A stretch of 32,000 bases of DNA from Candidatus Pelagibacter sp. HTCC7211 (GTDB lineage: Bacteria > Pseudomonadota > Alphaproteobacteria > Pelagibacterales > Pelagibacteraceae). The stretch is taken from contig NZ_DS995298.1 of assembly GCF_000155895.1 (NCBI RefSeq), positions 240,001-272,000 of the forward strand, given 5' to 3'. Positions 1 through 9,962 of this stretch are shown one piece after another. Made by a program: the position numbers and the translations under genes. The first letter of the stretch is position 1. Every line of letters starts with the position of its first letter. The notes under the pieces are model-generated. The model worked only from the letters and a program-made list of their open reading frames with translations. It searched no databases and was not told the DNA's origin.

Positions 1-943
1 GATCTGTTTTAATAGGACCATGTTTGGTATTTACTGTGGTTCCTTCAATTAAAGGCAATAAATCTCTTTGCACACCTTCACGGGATACATCGCCACCAAC
101 ACGATCTGTTCTGGCTGAAATTTTATCTACTTCATCTAAGAAAACTATTCCATTATTTTCAGTTGATAACTTTGCAGCTTTAACAATTTTATCTTGTTCT
201 ATTAATTTATCAGACTCATCATTTATTAAAATTTCATGAGATTCTTTTACTGTCATTTTCTTCTTTTTTTCTTTATTACCCATTGATTTTCCAATCATTT
301 CACCAATGTTAATCATCCCAACATTTGCCCCAGGCATTCCTGGTATTTCAAAAGAAGTGTTACCAGATCCAGTATCACTAACAGCTATTTCAATTTCATT
401 ATCATCTAGATCACCATTTCGAAGTCTTTTTCTAAAGCTTTCTCGAGTTGCAAGGCTTGCTTTTTTACCAACTAATGCATCTAAAACTTTTTCCTCAGCT
501 GCTTTTTGAGCTTGGGCATGAACCCCTTTTCTCATTTTTACCTTTTCCATTGAGATGGCAATTTCAATTAGGTCTCTTACTATTTGTTCTACATCTCTTC
601 CAACATAGCCAACTTCAGTAAATCTTGTAGCCTCAACTTTTACAAATGGTGCTTCAGCTAATTTAGATAGTCTTCTTGAAATTTCTGTTTTACCAACTCC
701 TGTTGGTCCAATCATAAGAATATTTTTTGGCAAAACCTCATTTTTCATTTCACCTGTAAGCGCTTGTCTTCGCCATCTATTTCTTAAAGCAACAGCAACT
801 GCTTTTTTTGCTTTATTTTGACCTACAACAAATCTATCTAATTCTGATACGATTTCTCTTGGAGATAATGAGCTCACTAAAGAGCTCTCTTCTTTAGCAT
901 TTTTATCTTTTGGAACTAGAGGTGTTACGTTTGAATTTTCCAT
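1..943 (-). CDS. hslU: ATP-dependent protease ATPase subunit HslU (5' part; the 3' end runs off the left edge of the window)
   Basis: This ORF is not in the ORF track because it is partial. Manual minus-strand translation from the ATG at 943..941 gives [60 protein letters not shown]...[52 protein letters not shown]. This contains a Walker A motif (GPTGVGKT) and matches the HslU/ClpY pattern. It lies directly downstream of hslV with a TAATG stop/start overlap. Confidence 0.93.
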   Translation of the reverse strand, partial: MENSNVTPLVPKDKNAKEESSLVSSLSPREIVSELDRFVVGQNKAKKAVAVALRNRWRRQALTGEMKNEVLPKNILMIGPTGVGKTEISRRLSKLAEAPFVKVEATRFTEVGYVGRDVEQIVRDLIEIAISMEKVKMRKGVHAQAQKAAEEKVLDALVGKKASLATRESFRKRLRNGDLDDNEIEIAVSDTGSGNTSFEIPGMPGANVGMINIGEMIGKSMGNKEKKKKMTVKESHEILINDESDKLIEQDKIVKAAKLSTENNGIVFLDEVDKISARTDRVGGDVSREGVQRDLLPLIEGTTVNTKHGPIKTD

Positions 944-1458
944 TATATTTTTAAAACTTTAATATTATCATTTGTAAAAACACAAATTTCTGATGCAACT
1001 TTGATAGCTTTTTTTGCAACTTCTTCTGCACTCATATCAGTTTCTATTAAAACTTTTCCAGCTGCTAAAGCATAGTTCCCACCTGATCCTATCCCTATGA
1101 CATCCCCTTCAGGTTCTAAAACATCTCCAGTTCCAGAAATAATATAACTATTTTCTTTATCTCCAATCGCCATAAGGGCCTCTAATCTTCTCAAATATTT
1201 ATCAGTTCGCCAATCTTTTGCTAATTCAACAGCTGCTCTTGATAAATTTCCTGCATGTTTTTCTATTTTAGCCTCTAATCTTTCGAATAATGTTAATGCA
1301 TCTGCTGTTGATCCTGCAAATCCTGCAACCACATCTCTTTTTTCAATTTTTCTAACCTTTGAAGCTGTGCTTTTAACTACAGTATTTCCCATACTTACTT
1401 GTCCATCTCCAGCCACAACTACTTCATTATTTTTTCTAACTAAAACAATCGTTGTCAT
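943..1458 (-). CDS. hslV: ATP-dependent protease subunit HslV (proteasome-like Thr peptidase)
   Basis: The sequence [38 protein letters not shown] closely parallels the canonical HslV N-terminus (MTTIV..GDGQ), where the catalytic Thr follows the initiator Met. The ORF track starts at a TTG at 1464 (MNM...). The ATG at 1458..1456 gives the canonical Met-Thr start and is preferred. Confidence 0.95.
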   Translation of the reverse strand: MTTIVLVRKNNEVVVAGDGQVSMGNTVVKSTASKVRKIEKRDVVAGFAGSTADALTLFERLEAKIEKHAGNLSRAAVELAKDWRTDKYLRRLEALMAIGDKENSYIISGTGDVLEPEGDVIGIGSGGNYALAAGKVLIETDMSAEEVAKKAIKVASEICVFTNDNIKVLKI

Positions 1459-1465
1459 ATTCAAT

Positions 1466-1493
1466 AAATGGTAACTATTTTTGATACTTCAAG
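1466..1493 (-). promoter_or_regulatory. Candidate sigma-32 (heat-shock) type promoter for hslVU
   Basis: The minus strand reads cTTGAAg-N13-taCCATtT, then 7 nt (attgaat), then the hslV ATG. This resembles the E. coli sigma-32 consensus TTGAAA-N13-15-CCCCATNT, and hslVU belongs to the sigma-32 regulon in model bacteria. The match is partial and the background is AT-rich. Confidence 0.3.
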
Positions 1494-1547
1494 TGTTCAT
1501 AGGGATATTGATATACTAAGATTATATATGTATACCTCTTAAAATAT

Positions 1548-2138
1548 ATGGCTAGAAAAGGAAAAGTATCTCGTAAAACTAAAGAAACCAGCATCAATGT
1601 TGAGGTTAATATTGATGGAAAAGGTAAATACCAAATTGACACTGGTATAGGTTTTTTAGATCACATGCTTGAACAGTTATCAAAGCATTCTTTAATTGAT
1701 TTAAAAGTTAAAGCTAAAGGAGATACTCACATTGATCTTCATCACACTACAGAAGATACAGGAATTGCGATTGGAGAAGCTTTAAAAAAAGCAGCTAAAA
1801 AATTTGTTGGCATCAAACGTTATGCACATAGAGTAATTCCAATGGATGAAACTTTAACTAGAGTGGCAATTGATGTTTCAAACAGACCTTATTTGATTTG
1901 GAAAGTAAAATTAAAAGTTGAAAAACTTGGTGAGATGGACACAGAATTATTTAAAGAATGGTTTCAAGCTTTTTCACAATCTGCTGGTATTACTTTACAC
2001 GTTGAAAATATTTATGGGGATAACAGTCATCATATTATTGAGTCTTGTTATAAAGGTTTAGCGAGATCTCTAAGAGATGCTTTAGAGATGGATCCTAGAA
2101 ATAAAAAAAGCATTCCATCAACTAAAGGCTCACTATAA
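1548..2138 (+). CDS. hisB: Imidazoleglycerol-phosphate dehydratase
   Basis: The 196-aa product contains [18 protein letters not shown]...[16 protein letters not shown]...[18 protein letters not shown]...[19 protein letters not shown], the classic IGPD His/Glu metal motifs. It is the first gene of the hisBHAFE run. Confidence 0.95.
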   Translation: MARKGKVSRKTKETSINVEVNIDGKGKYQIDTGIGFLDHMLEQLSKHSLIDLKVKAKGDTHIDLHHTTEDTGIAIGEALKKAAKKFVGIKRYAHRVIPMDETLTRVAIDVSNRPYLIWKVKLKVEKLGEMDTELFKEWFQAFSQSAGITLHVENIYGDNSHHIIESCYKGLARSLRDALEMDPRNKKSIPSTKGSL

Positions 2139-2143
2139 GTTTA

Positions 2144-2770
2144 ATGAATGTCACAATTGTTGATTATAATTCGGGCAATATAAGCTCGGTAATAAACTCT
2201 TTTCAAGAAGTTGCTAAAGATAAAGTTAATTTAGAGGTAACTTCAGATTTAAACAAAATTAAATCTAGCGATAAAATAGTTTTACCAGGTCAGGGCTCAT
2301 TCAAAAGTTGTGTTGATGCACTTAATAGTATCGACGGTTTAGTTGATACATTAAATAATTTTGTAATTAGCGAAAAAAAACCCTTATTTGGAATTTGTGT
2401 TGGATTGCAAATGTTTGCAGACATTGGTTATGAAGAAAAAGAAACTAGAGGTTTGGGTTGGATTTCAGGAAAAGTCTTAAAAATAGATAATCAAAATGGA
2501 AAATACAAACTTCCTCATATTGGTTGGAATGAAATAAATATTGTTAAGGAAAGTAAAATTTTTAAAGATATAGAAAATAATTCTCATATGTACTTTGTAC
2601 ATAGTTATGAATTTATACCTGAAGATAAAAGTGTAATTTCAGCAACAACAGATTATTCATCAAATATTGTTTGCTCTGTTGAAAAAGAAAATATATTTGG
2701 AACACAATTTCACCCAGAGAAGAGTGATAAAATTGGATTAAAAATAATTGATAACTTTATAAAATTATAA
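2144..2770 (+). CDS. hisH: Imidazole glycerol phosphate synthase, glutamine amidotransferase subunit
   Basis: The product has class-I GATase motifs: GICVGLQM (nucleophile Cys elbow) and the C-terminal FGTQFHPEKS. It is adjacent to hisA and hisF. Confidence 0.95.
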   Translation: MNVTIVDYNSGNISSVINSFQEVAKDKVNLEVTSDLNKIKSSDKIVLPGQGSFKSCVDALNSIDGLVDTLNNFVISEKKPLFGICVGLQMFADIGYEEKETRGLGWISGKVLKIDNQNGKYKLPHIGWNEINIVKESKIFKDIENNSHMYFVHSYEFIPEDKSVISATTDYSSNIVCSVEKENIFGTQFHPEKSDKIGLKIIDNFIKL

Positions 2771-3496
2771 ATGAAAATATTTCCAGCTATAGATATTAAA
2801 GATAAAAAATGTGTGAGGTTGGTCAAAGGAGATTTTGAAAATAAAACTGAATATGAAATGTCTCCAGTTGAGCAAGCAAGCAAATATAAAGATCATGGTT
2901 TTAAAAACCTGCATATAGTTGATTTAGATGGTGCTTTAACTGGAAAGACAGTGAATTTAGATATTATTGAAGAAATAGTGGCTAAATTTGATCTTAAAAT
3001 TGAAATAGGTGGAGGTATCAGAAACTTTGAAAGTATTCAAAAATACACTGATACTGGCGTAGAAAAAGTTATTTTAGGAAGTGCAGCCATTAAGGATAAA
3101 AACTTTTTAAAAAAAGCGTGTGAGAAATTTCAAAATAAAATTGCTTTGGGTTTAGATGCTAAAGATGGTTACTTATCCGTATCTGGTTGGAAGGAAAATT
3201 CTAATCAATTAACTTTAGACTACTTAAAAGAAGTGAACCAATATGGAGCAAGTAGATTGATTTACACTGATATTAATAGAGATGGGATGAAGCAAAGTCC
3301 TAATTTTGAAGAAACTACTAAGGTTGCTGATACATCTAATTGTCCAGTGATAATATCAGGTGGCGTATCTTCAATAGATGACATTAAAAAAGCTAGAGAA
3401 TTAAACAATAATAACATTGAGGGTATTATAGTTGGAAAAGCTATATATGATGGAGATATTAAATTAGATGAATTAGCTAAGGAATTAGATGCTTAA
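2771..3496 (+). CDS. hisA: ProFAR isomerase (1-(5-phosphoribosyl)-5-[(5-phosphoribosylamino)methylideneamino]imidazole-4-carboxamide isomerase)
   Basis: The sequence [22 protein letters not shown]...IGGGIR...[11 protein letters not shown] is the HisA (beta/alpha)8 pattern. The gene starts on the base after the hisH stop. Confidence 0.95.
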   Translation: MKIFPAIDIKDKKCVRLVKGDFENKTEYEMSPVEQASKYKDHGFKNLHIVDLDGALTGKTVNLDIIEEIVAKFDLKIEIGGGIRNFESIQKYTDTGVEKVILGSAAIKDKNFLKKACEKFQNKIALGLDAKDGYLSVSGWKENSNQLTLDYLKEVNQYGASRLIYTDINRDGMKQSPNFEETTKVADTSNCPVIISGGVSSIDDIKKARELNNNNIEGIIVGKAIYDGDIKLDELAKELDA

Positions 3497-4244
3497 AAAT
3501 AGAATAATACCGTGTTTGGACGTTAAAAATGGAAGAGTTGTAAAAGGAATAAACTTTGTCGATTTAAAGGACGCCGGAGATCCTGTTGAGCAAGCTAAGA
3601 TTTATTCTGATGGAGGGGCTGATGAAATTTGTTTTTTAGATATTACAGCTTCAAATGAAAACAGAAATACTATCTATAATGTAGTAGAGAAAACTTCAAA
3701 GAAATGTTTTGTTCCGTTAACAGTAGGAGGTGGAGTTAGAAGCATTGATGACATTAATAAATTATTAAACTGTGGGGCTGATAAAGTATCAATTAATACA
3801 GCGGCGGTTCAAAATTCAGAGGTAGTAGTAGAAAGCTCAAAAAAATTTGGTTCACAATGCATAGTTGTTGCTATAGATGCAAAAAAAAATGGAGATAGAT
3901 GGGAAATCTTTACTCATGGTGGAAGAAATAATTCAGGGATTAACGCCATAGAATTTGCAAAAAAAATGGAAGATAGTGGGGCAGGTGAGCTTTTAGTTAC
4001 TTCTATGGATAGAGATGGCACACAAGTTGGATATGATATTGAACTTATGTCTAAAATATCATTAGAAGTAAACATTCCGGTAATTGCATCTGGAGGAGTT
4101 GGTAATTTAGATCATTTGGTTGACGGAATTAAATTTGGAAATGCTAGCGCAGTTCTAGCAGCATCGATATTTCATTATGGCAAACATTCTGTAAAAGAGG
4201 CTAAGGAGTATTTGGATTCAAAAGGAATTCCTGTTAGAATTTAA
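3489..4244 (+). CDS. hisF: Imidazole glycerol phosphate synthase, cyclase subunit
   Basis: The sequence [16 protein letters not shown]...[11 protein letters not shown]...[10 protein letters not shown]...[10 protein letters not shown]...ASIFHY is the canonical HisF pattern. It overlaps hisA by 8 nt (ATGCTTAA). Confidence 0.95.
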   Translation: MLKNRIIPCLDVKNGRVVKGINFVDLKDAGDPVEQAKIYSDGGADEICFLDITASNENRNTIYNVVEKTSKKCFVPLTVGGGVRSIDDINKLLNCGADKVSINTAAVQNSEVVVESSKKFGSQCIVVAIDAKKNGDRWEIFTHGGRNNSGINAIEFAKKMEDSGAGELLVTSMDRDGTQVGYDIELMSKISLEVNIPVIASGGVGNLDHLVDGIKFGNASAVLAASIFHYGKHSVKEAKEYLDSKGIPVRI

Positions 4245-4245
4245 T

Positions 4246-4518
4246 ATGCTTAATACATTAGAAAACTTAATTAAACTTGCAAGAGACAGAAAATCTTCTC
4301 CTGTTGAAGGTTCTTATACTAATAAGTTGCTTACAGACAAATCGTTAAGTAAGGCAAAAGTTTTAGAAGAAGTTAATGAATTGATCGAAGCAGTAGAGGA
4401 AAATTCTAATAAAATACATGAAGCTGCAGATGTATTTTACCATTTACTAATGTATCTGGAAGCTAACGATGTGAAAATTGAAGAAGTAATGCAAGAATTA
4501 GAAAATAGAAAAAAATGA
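4246..4518 (+). CDS. hisE: Phosphoribosyl-ATP pyrophosphatase (monofunctional HisE)
   Basis: The 90-aa product contains SYTNKLL...KVLEEVNELIEA...EAADVFYHLLMYL, the MazG-like HisE helices. There is no HisI domain attached. Confidence 0.9.
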   Translation: MLNTLENLIKLARDRKSSPVEGSYTNKLLTDKSLSKAKVLEEVNELIEAVEENSNKIHEAADVFYHLLMYLEANDVKIEEVMQELENRKK

Positions 4519-4880
4519 GTTACGACGATAATAATATTTTTGCAAAAATTTTACGTGGAGAAATTCCTTGCAATAAAATTTACGAAGATGATTTTGTTTT
4601 AGCATTTCATGATATTAATCCTCAAAAGAAAATACATGCATTAGTTATTCCAAAAGGGAAATATATTGATCTTGATGATTTTACTTTAAAAGCCTCATCA
4701 GAGGAGATGGTTGGATTGCTAAAGGGCATCAATATAGTGGCAAAAAAGCTAGGTATTTCAACAGAAGTAGGCAAAGGATATAGAGCTTTAGCCAATATAA
4801 GCGATCATGGTGGTCAAGAGGTTCCTCATTTACACTTTCATTTGTTTGGTGGTGAAAAAGTTGGAAAAATGGTCGAGTGA
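4515..4880 (+). CDS. HIT-family (HinT-like) nucleotide hydrolase/phosphoramidase
   Basis: The sequence NIFAKILRGEIPCNKIYEDD...QEVPHLHFHLFGG contains the histidine-triad HxHxHxx motif. It has an ATGA overlap with hisE. Confidence 0.9.
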   Translation: MSYDDNNIFAKILRGEIPCNKIYEDDFVLAFHDINPQKKIHALVIPKGKYIDLDDFTLKASSEEMVGLLKGINIVAKKLGISTEVGKGYRALANISDHGGQEVPHLHFHLFGGEKVGKMVE

Positions 4881-5380
4881 CAGAAGAAGTTGAAAGAAAT
4901 TATTTAGAAATACATTCAATCAGAGATCTGAATGAGGTTGTAAAACCTAACAAAGATTGTTCTTTAAATTTATTGGAACCAATTAATTTTCAGTTAAATA
5001 AATTTTTTTACAAAAACATAGGAAAGAAACATAAATGGACTGACCGATTGGTATGGACAGAAGCTCAATGGATAGATTATGTTTCAAGTAAAAAAGTAAA
5101 AACCTATATCTTGAAATATCAAAATGATCTAGCAGGTTATTTTGAATTAATATTTCATAGTGATGAAAAAGAAGTAGAGATTGCTTATTTTGGATTATTA
5201 GAAGAGTTTCAGAACAAAAAACTAGGTTCATATTTGCTATCACAAGCAATTAGAAAATCTTTTGATATTAAAATAAATAGAGTGTGGGTTCATACTTGTT
5301 CTTTAGATCATAAAAATGCTTTAAAAAATTATATTGCAAGAGGCATGAAAATTTTTAAATCTGAAACTATATTAATTTAG
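4877..5380 (+). CDS. GNAT-family N-acetyltransferase
   Basis: The 167-aa product has the motif-A-like stretch LEEFQNKKLGSYLLSQAI (Q/RxxGxG/A acetyl-CoA site). It uses a GTG start in a GTGA overlap with the HIT stop, and there is no in-frame ATG nearby. Confidence 0.7.
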   Translation: MTEEVERNYLEIHSIRDLNEVVKPNKDCSLNLLEPINFQLNKFFYKNIGKKHKWTDRLVWTEAQWIDYVSSKKVKTYILKYQNDLAGYFELIFHSDEKEVEIAYFGLLEEFQNKKLGSYLLSQAIRKSFDIKINRVWVHTCSLDHKNALKNYIARGMKIFKSETILI

Positions 5381-5922
5381 TTTTGACTAGGAATTTTAAA
5401 TAAATTTTTTGTAATTTCTTTGTTTGTTTCTATTGAGGAAAGGTAAGTAATATTAGTATTTTGATAAATATCTCTTGTTTTCCATCCGACTAAATTAAAT
5501 GTTTTGATATCGAAAAATACATCAATTTCATTATCATTTTCTACAATAGTATAGTTTATCAAATTTTTATCTATTATATTTTCTTTTAAAAAATTTATTT
5601 TCTTAATTAAAAAATTTTTATCTAATATTAAATTTAATGGTGTCTTCTTAAGAGAATACCTATAAAAACTTGTTTCAGTTTTAATTACCAAAGATTTTCC
5701 ATTAGAAACTAAAATTTTGTTATTTTTTGAATATTTACAATAAATTTTTTTTGGATATTTAATTGTACAAATTCCATTTTCTATTTTTCCATTAATATTT
5801 TGTTCAAATTTAAATTTTAAATTTTCAACATTTTGTAAATTTTCAATGATTTTTTCTTTTATTTCTGCTTTAGAATTTGAAATTAAAACAAAAAAAATTA
5901 AAATTAAAATGTACTTAAACAT
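5377..5922 (-). CDS. lolA: LolA-like outer-membrane lipoprotein carrier protein
   Basis: The product has an N-terminal signal peptide (MFKYILILIFFVLISNSKAE). It also shows the LolA-like pattern ..LKFKFEQ...G...YPKK......LVSNGKSL... The ftsK-lolA order is conserved in proteobacteria, and the two genes share a TAATG overlap. Confidence 0.72.
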   Translation of the reverse strand: MFKYILILIFFVLISNSKAEIKEKIIENLQNVENLKFKFEQNINGKIENGICTIKYPKKIYCKYSKNNKILVSNGKSLVIKTETSFYRYSLKKTPLNLILDKNFLIKKINFLKENIIDKNLINYTIVENDNEIDVFFDIKTFNLVGWKTRDIYQNTNITYLSSIETNKEITKNLFKIPSQN

Positions 5923-8006
5923 TAAAGTACATCTCTTTTACCGACATGATTTGCTTTACTAACAATTCCATCAGCTTCCATCATGTCAATAATTCTCGCA
6001 GCTCTGTTATATCCAATTTGAAGCTTTCTTTGTAGAAACGAGGTAGATGCCTTACCTTCTGATCGAATAATTTCCAATGCTTGCTGATAAAGTTCATCTT
6101 TATCACCTTGGCTATGACTATCACCAATTTCTTTCTCATCAGCAAAGTTTAAAATTTCATCCACATAATCAGGTTCTGCTTGAGATCTAAGGGAGGCGTT
6201 TATTTTTTCTATTTCATTGTCTGATACGAACGGGGCATGGATTCTTACGATACGATTTGCAGAAGACATATATAACATATCTCCTTTACCAAGTAATTGT
6301 TCCGCTCCTTGTTCTCCAAGAATTGTTCTACTATCTATTTTAGATGTAACCTGAAATGAAATTCTTGTTGGAAAATTAGCTTTAATAGTACCAGTAATTA
6401 CATCAACACTTGGTCTTTGAGTTGCCATTATAATATGTATTCCAGCCGCTCTTGCCATTTGTGATAGTTTTTGAATATAGTTTTCTATTTCTTTTCCAGC
6501 AACTAACATTAAGTCTGACATTTCATCAACAACCACTACAATATAGGGCATAGGTAGTTTGTGTTTAGTATTATAACCGTCTATATTTCTGACACTTTCT
6601 TTTGTCATTAAACGATACCTACTCTCCATTTCTTTAACTACCCAACCAAGTACAGATGCTGCTTTTTTAGCTTCAGTAATTACCGGACATAACAAATGAG
6701 GAATTCCTTCATAAGTAGAAAGTTCAAGCATCTTTGGATCTATTAAAATAAATTTACATTTTTCTGGTGTGTGTCGATAGAGTAGAGATAAAATAATAGT
6801 ATTAATACAAACAGACTTTCCTGAACCAGTCGTACCAGCAATAAGAAGATGGGGCATAGATGCTAAATCTCCAACTATTGGCTTACCTGAAATACTTTTT
6901 CCAAGAGCGATGGGTAATTTAATTTCTCTTTTTTTAAAATCAGGATTATTTAAAATCTCACTTAGATAAACATTTTCTCTAGAGTTATTTGGAAGCTCAA
7001 TCCCGACTGTATTGCTTCCAGGTATCGTTGCTATTCTTGCTGACTCTGAACTAGTGTTCCTAGCTATATCATCAGACAAATTTATAATTTTAGAAACCTT
7101 TACCCCAGCAGCGGGTTCAAATTCGTTTAAAGTAACGACAGGCCCATGACTAACCTTTTTGATATTACCACTAACACCAAAATCCATTAATATTTTTTCT
7201 AGAAATTCTGGATCATGAGTTTCGTTTTTACTTGAATTGTCTCTTTCTTTTTTTGAAGGCTCTTTGAGCAAACTTATTCCTGGTAGCTTAAATTTAATCT
7301 TATTTTCACTTTTATTTTCAGCTCTAATAAATGGCAGATCTTCTTGGATTAAATTTTTAATTTCATCTTGTGGTATATATTCATTAATTATTTCGCTTTT
7401 ATCAGTATAGTTTTTAATTTTACTTTTAGTTAAAAAACTTATGATTTTTTTAATATTATTATAAAAAATTATAGGTCTAAAATTTATACTTATTAAAAAT
7501 AAAAATATGACTAACAAAATTAAAATATAATAAAAAATATTCTCATTAATTTGAATTAATGAATTTAAGAACGTTTGATTAAAGTAATTACCAACAAATC
7601 CACCATTACCATTAATATAAAAAGCAAAATCTTTTGAATAAAAAAAAGATAAAAAAAGTGTACCAAAAATAGAATAAAGAATTCCAAAAAAAATATTTTC
7701 GATCATTAAAAAAAATTCTTTTTTAATAAATATATTTATGCCAGTAAAAATTAGAGTAAATGATAGTAAATATGCTATTAGCCCTACAGACTGAAAAAAT
7801 AAATCAGAAACAAAACTACCGTGAAAACCTAACAAATTTTTTATTTCAGTGTTTTCTGGAAAAATAAAGTTAGGATCTTCAGGTGAATAACTTACTAAAG
7901 CAACTAACAACAGCACTCCTGAAATGAAAATAATAATCCCAAGAATCTCCGCTAGTCTATTAATAGTGAAATTAATCACTAAATCTGCTGTTTTTTTTAT
8001 ATTCAT
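5922..8006 (-). CDS. ftsK: DNA translocase FtsK
   Basis: The 694-aa product has N-terminal TM segments, a linker, and a motor domain with Walker A (AGTTGSGKSV) and Walker B (VVVVDEMSDLM). The C-terminal gamma winged-helix reads ASTSFLQRKLQIGYNRAARIID. Confidence 0.95.
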   Translation of the reverse strand: MNIKKTADLVINFTINRLAEILGIIIFISGVLLLVALVSYSPEDPNFIFPENTEIKNLLGFHGSFVSDLFFQSVGLIAYLLSFTLIFTGINIFIKKEFFLMIENIFFGILYSIFGTLFLSFFYSKDFAFYINGNGGFVGNYFNQTFLNSLIQINENIFYYILILLVIFLFLISINFRPIIFYNNIKKIISFLTKSKIKNYTDKSEIINEYIPQDEIKNLIQEDLPFIRAENKSENKIKFKLPGISLLKEPSKKERDNSSKNETHDPEFLEKILMDFGVSGNIKKVSHGPVVTLNEFEPAAGVKVSKIINLSDDIARNTSSESARIATIPGSNTVGIELPNNSRENVYLSEILNNPDFKKREIKLPIALGKSISGKPIVGDLASMPHLLIAGTTGSGKSVCINTIILSLLYRHTPEKCKFILIDPKMLELSTYEGIPHLLCPVITEAKKAASVLGWVVKEMESRYRLMTKESVRNIDGYNTKHKLPMPYIVVVVDEMSDLMLVAGKEIENYIQKLSQMARAAGIHIIMATQRPSVDVITGTIKANFPTRISFQVTSKIDSRTILGEQGAEQLLGKGDMLYMSSANRIVRIHAPFVSDNEIEKINASLRSQAEPDYVDEILNFADEKEIGDSHSQGDKDELYQQALEIIRSEGKASTSFLQRKLQIGYNRAARIIDMMEADGIVSKANHVGKRDVL

Positions 8007-8068
8007 ATAAATGAATCGATTTAATCACTTTGTATCATCTAATTTTTATTGTTAAAATTAAAAATAAT

Positions 8069-9145
8069 ATGAGAGTTTGTATACTTGGACATGGTCTTTC
8101 AAGCTTAACTTTAGCTAAAGCTTTAGTTAATCAAAATATTTATGTTGAACTTATATGTCAAAAAAAAAATCAAAAAATAAGTCTTTCAAGAACTCTAGGA
8201 ATTTCAAAAAGTAACATTAATTTTTTCAATAAAAATATCATTAATATCAATAAGCTTCTTTGGAAGTTAAAAAAGATTGAAATATATTCAGATAATTTGA
8301 AAAACGAAAAATTATTAAATTTTGAAAAAAATAATGATCAAATTTTTTCCATTATTAAAAATCATGAATTAAATCTAATAATAGAAAAAGATTTACTAAA
8401 AAGTAAATATTTTAAAAAAAGATACTTTAAGAATGTTAATTCATTTATTTTAAAAGATTATAATATAATTATTAATTGTAATTATTTTAATAATTTTACA
8501 AATAAATATTTTGGTAAAAAAATTATAAAAGAATATGACAGTACTGCTTATACGACTATTATTAGTCATGAGAAAATTTTAAATAATACAGCTATACAAA
8601 TATTTACTAAAAGAGGACCTATAGCATTTTTACCAATATCAAATAAAGAAACTTCGATTGTATATTCTATCCATAACTCAGTTAAAAAATTAAATGATAT
8701 AAATGAATTAATTAAACAATATAATTTTAAATATAAAATAAACAAAATTGATAAAATCGAAAATTTTGAATTAAAGTCTCTCAACTTGAGATCTTATTAT
8801 TACAAAAATATCTTAGCATTTGGTGATTTAATTCATAAAATTCACCCTCTTGCAGGACAAGGTTTTAATATGACAATGAGAGATATAAAGATGCTTTTAA
8901 ACATAATTAAAAATAAATTAGATCTAGGATTAGAATTGGATAGTTCTGTAAATAAAGAATTTGAAAAAAAAGTAAAATATAAAAATTTTATTTTTTCTAA
9001 TGGGGTTGATCTAATTCATGAATTTTTTAATTATGAAAGGAAAACTAAAAATTCAGTTTTAAGTAAATCAATTCAAATTTTGGGAAAAAATTCTTCTGCA
9101 AATAAAGCGTTCATAAAAATTGCAGATGAAGGAATATTTTTTTAA
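8069..9145 (+). CDS. UbiH/UbiF/Coq6-family FAD-dependent monooxygenase (ubiquinone biosynthesis hydroxylase-like)
   Basis: The family motif FGDLIHKIHPLAGQGFNMTMRDI is present (compare GDAAHxxHPxAGQGxNxGxxD). The N-terminal beta-alpha-beta reads MRVCILGHGLSSLTLAKAL...VELI, with a degenerate GxGxxS dinucleotide motif. The ORF track begins at a TTG at 8030. The ATG at 8069 places the Rossmann strand at the N-terminus and is preferred. Confidence 0.7.
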   Translation: MRVCILGHGLSSLTLAKALVNQNIYVELICQKKNQKISLSRTLGISKSNINFFNKNIININKLLWKLKKIEIYSDNLKNEKLLNFEKNNDQIFSIIKNHELNLIIEKDLLKSKYFKKRYFKNVNSFILKDYNIIINCNYFNNFTNKYFGKKIIKEYDSTAYTTIISHEKILNNTAIQIFTKRGPIAFLPISNKETSIVYSIHNSVKKLNDINELIKQYNFKYKINKIDKIENFELKSLNLRSYYYKNILAFGDLIHKIHPLAGQGFNMTMRDIKMLLNIIKNKLDLGLELDSSVNKEFEKKVKYKNFIFSNGVDLIHEFFNYERKTKNSVLSKSIQILGKNSSANKAFIKIADEGIFF

Positions 9146-9146
9146 A

Positions 9147-9794
9147 TTATTGTAAGGTAGTATTATTAAATAAGTCGTATGTATAAGTACTTAAAATTTC
9201 AGCTATTTTATTTTTTCTAATATCAAGATTTTTAGCCTCTAATAAAACTTGCTTTTCCTCCAAAGAAAAAGGAGAAGCCATAGCTAAAGCGTTTATGGTC
9301 TCATCTAAACTTTGTTTTTCAAGTTCTTTCCAATTAATTATAAAACCCCTTTTTTCAAATAGTAATTTTAAATCCTTAAAAATTAATTCTAAATCTGTAA
9401 ATTTAAGTTCTTCTTTTTTTACATCTAAATCATTTTCAAATTTTTCAAAAGTTATCTCAAATTCTCGATATTTTTTATCTGTTTTTAATTCATTAATAGT
9501 TTCAAACCTAATCAATCCTTTTAGCTCGATTAAATATCGACCATCCTCAGTTTCCTTGAAACTAGTTATTTTTCCTAAGCAACCGATTTTATATACATCT
9601 GGTTTTATGTTATCAGAACTAACTGAGCTCATAGGCTGAATCATACCAATTAATTTGTTTGATTTCATGCTATCGTTGATCATATCAATATACCTTGGCT
9701 CAAAAATATTTAACGGAACGCTTGTTCTGGGAAATATAATAAAATTACTTAACGGGAAAATAGGTATTTTTTTTGGTAGTTCATTTTTTTTCAT
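9147..9794 (-). CDS. Stand-alone LON N-terminal (substrate-binding) domain protein
   Basis: The sequence IPIFPLSNFIIFPRTSVPLNIFEPRYIDMI is the hallmark start of the Lon N-terminal/PUA-like domain. There is no AAA+ or protease domain. Confidence 0.8.
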   Translation of the reverse strand: MKKNELPKKIPIFPLSNFIIFPRTSVPLNIFEPRYIDMINDSMKSNKLIGMIQPMSSVSSDNIKPDVYKIGCLGKITSFKETEDGRYLIELKGLIRFETINELKTDKKYREFEITFEKFENDLDVKKEELKFTDLELIFKDLKLLFEKRGFIINWKELEKQSLDETINALAMASPFSLEEKQVLLEAKNLDIRKNKIAEILSTYTYDLFNNTTLQ

Positions 9795-9873
9795 AATTTT
9801 AAAAAATATATCATATCTATGTTAATTTGTATTGATTGAATAAAAAAAAACGTCTAACAATAGCTTTAAATAT

Positions 9874-9948
9874 GCGGGCATAGCTCAGTGGTAGAGCGTC
9901 TCGTTGCCAACGAGAAGGTCGAGGGTTCGACCCCCTTTGCCCGCTCCA
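9874..9948 (+). tRNA. tRNA-Gly (anticodon GCC), CCA encoded
   Basis: The cloverleaf was folded by hand. The acceptor stem is gcgggca/tgcccgc and the D arm is agctcagtggtagagc. The anticodon stem is tctcg/cgaga with loop ttGCCaa. The T arm is gaggg-ttcgacc-ccctt, followed by discriminator t and cca. This is the GC-richest short stretch in the region. Confidence 0.93.
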
Positions 9949-9962
9949 CTAAATTATAGATT

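Noticed and set aside
24-509. Plus-strand ORFs 24-239 and 306-509 from the ORF track
   Set aside because: They lie antisense within a clear hslU reading frame on the minus strand. Their Ser/Pro/Leu-rich, low-complexity translations are typical shadow ORFs.
1462-1464. Alternative starts proposed by the ORF track: TTG 1464 (hslV), TTG 8030 (ubiH-like), GTG 12682 (purH), GTG 29237 (dctQ)
   Set aside because: In each case a downstream ATG gives the canonical family N-terminus: MTTIV for HslV, the Rossmann strand for the monooxygenase, and MKKIKTALISVSDK for PurH. For dctQ the downstream ATG avoids starting inside a terminator stem.
4515-5380. HIT + GNAT as a GNAT-type toxin-antitoxin pair
   Set aside because: GNAT toxins pair with small RHH or HTH antitoxins. 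The upstream partner here is a standard histidine-triad enzyme, and both genes are part of the his operon run.
9795-9835. dif-like (XerCD) site suggested by ..CTATGTTAAT.. near ftsK and the tRNA, and a similar check of the hslV/hisB spacer
   Set aside because: Only the right-arm fragment resembles the TTATGTTAAAT of E. coli dif. The left arm and central region do not match, so no credible 28-bp dif site is present.
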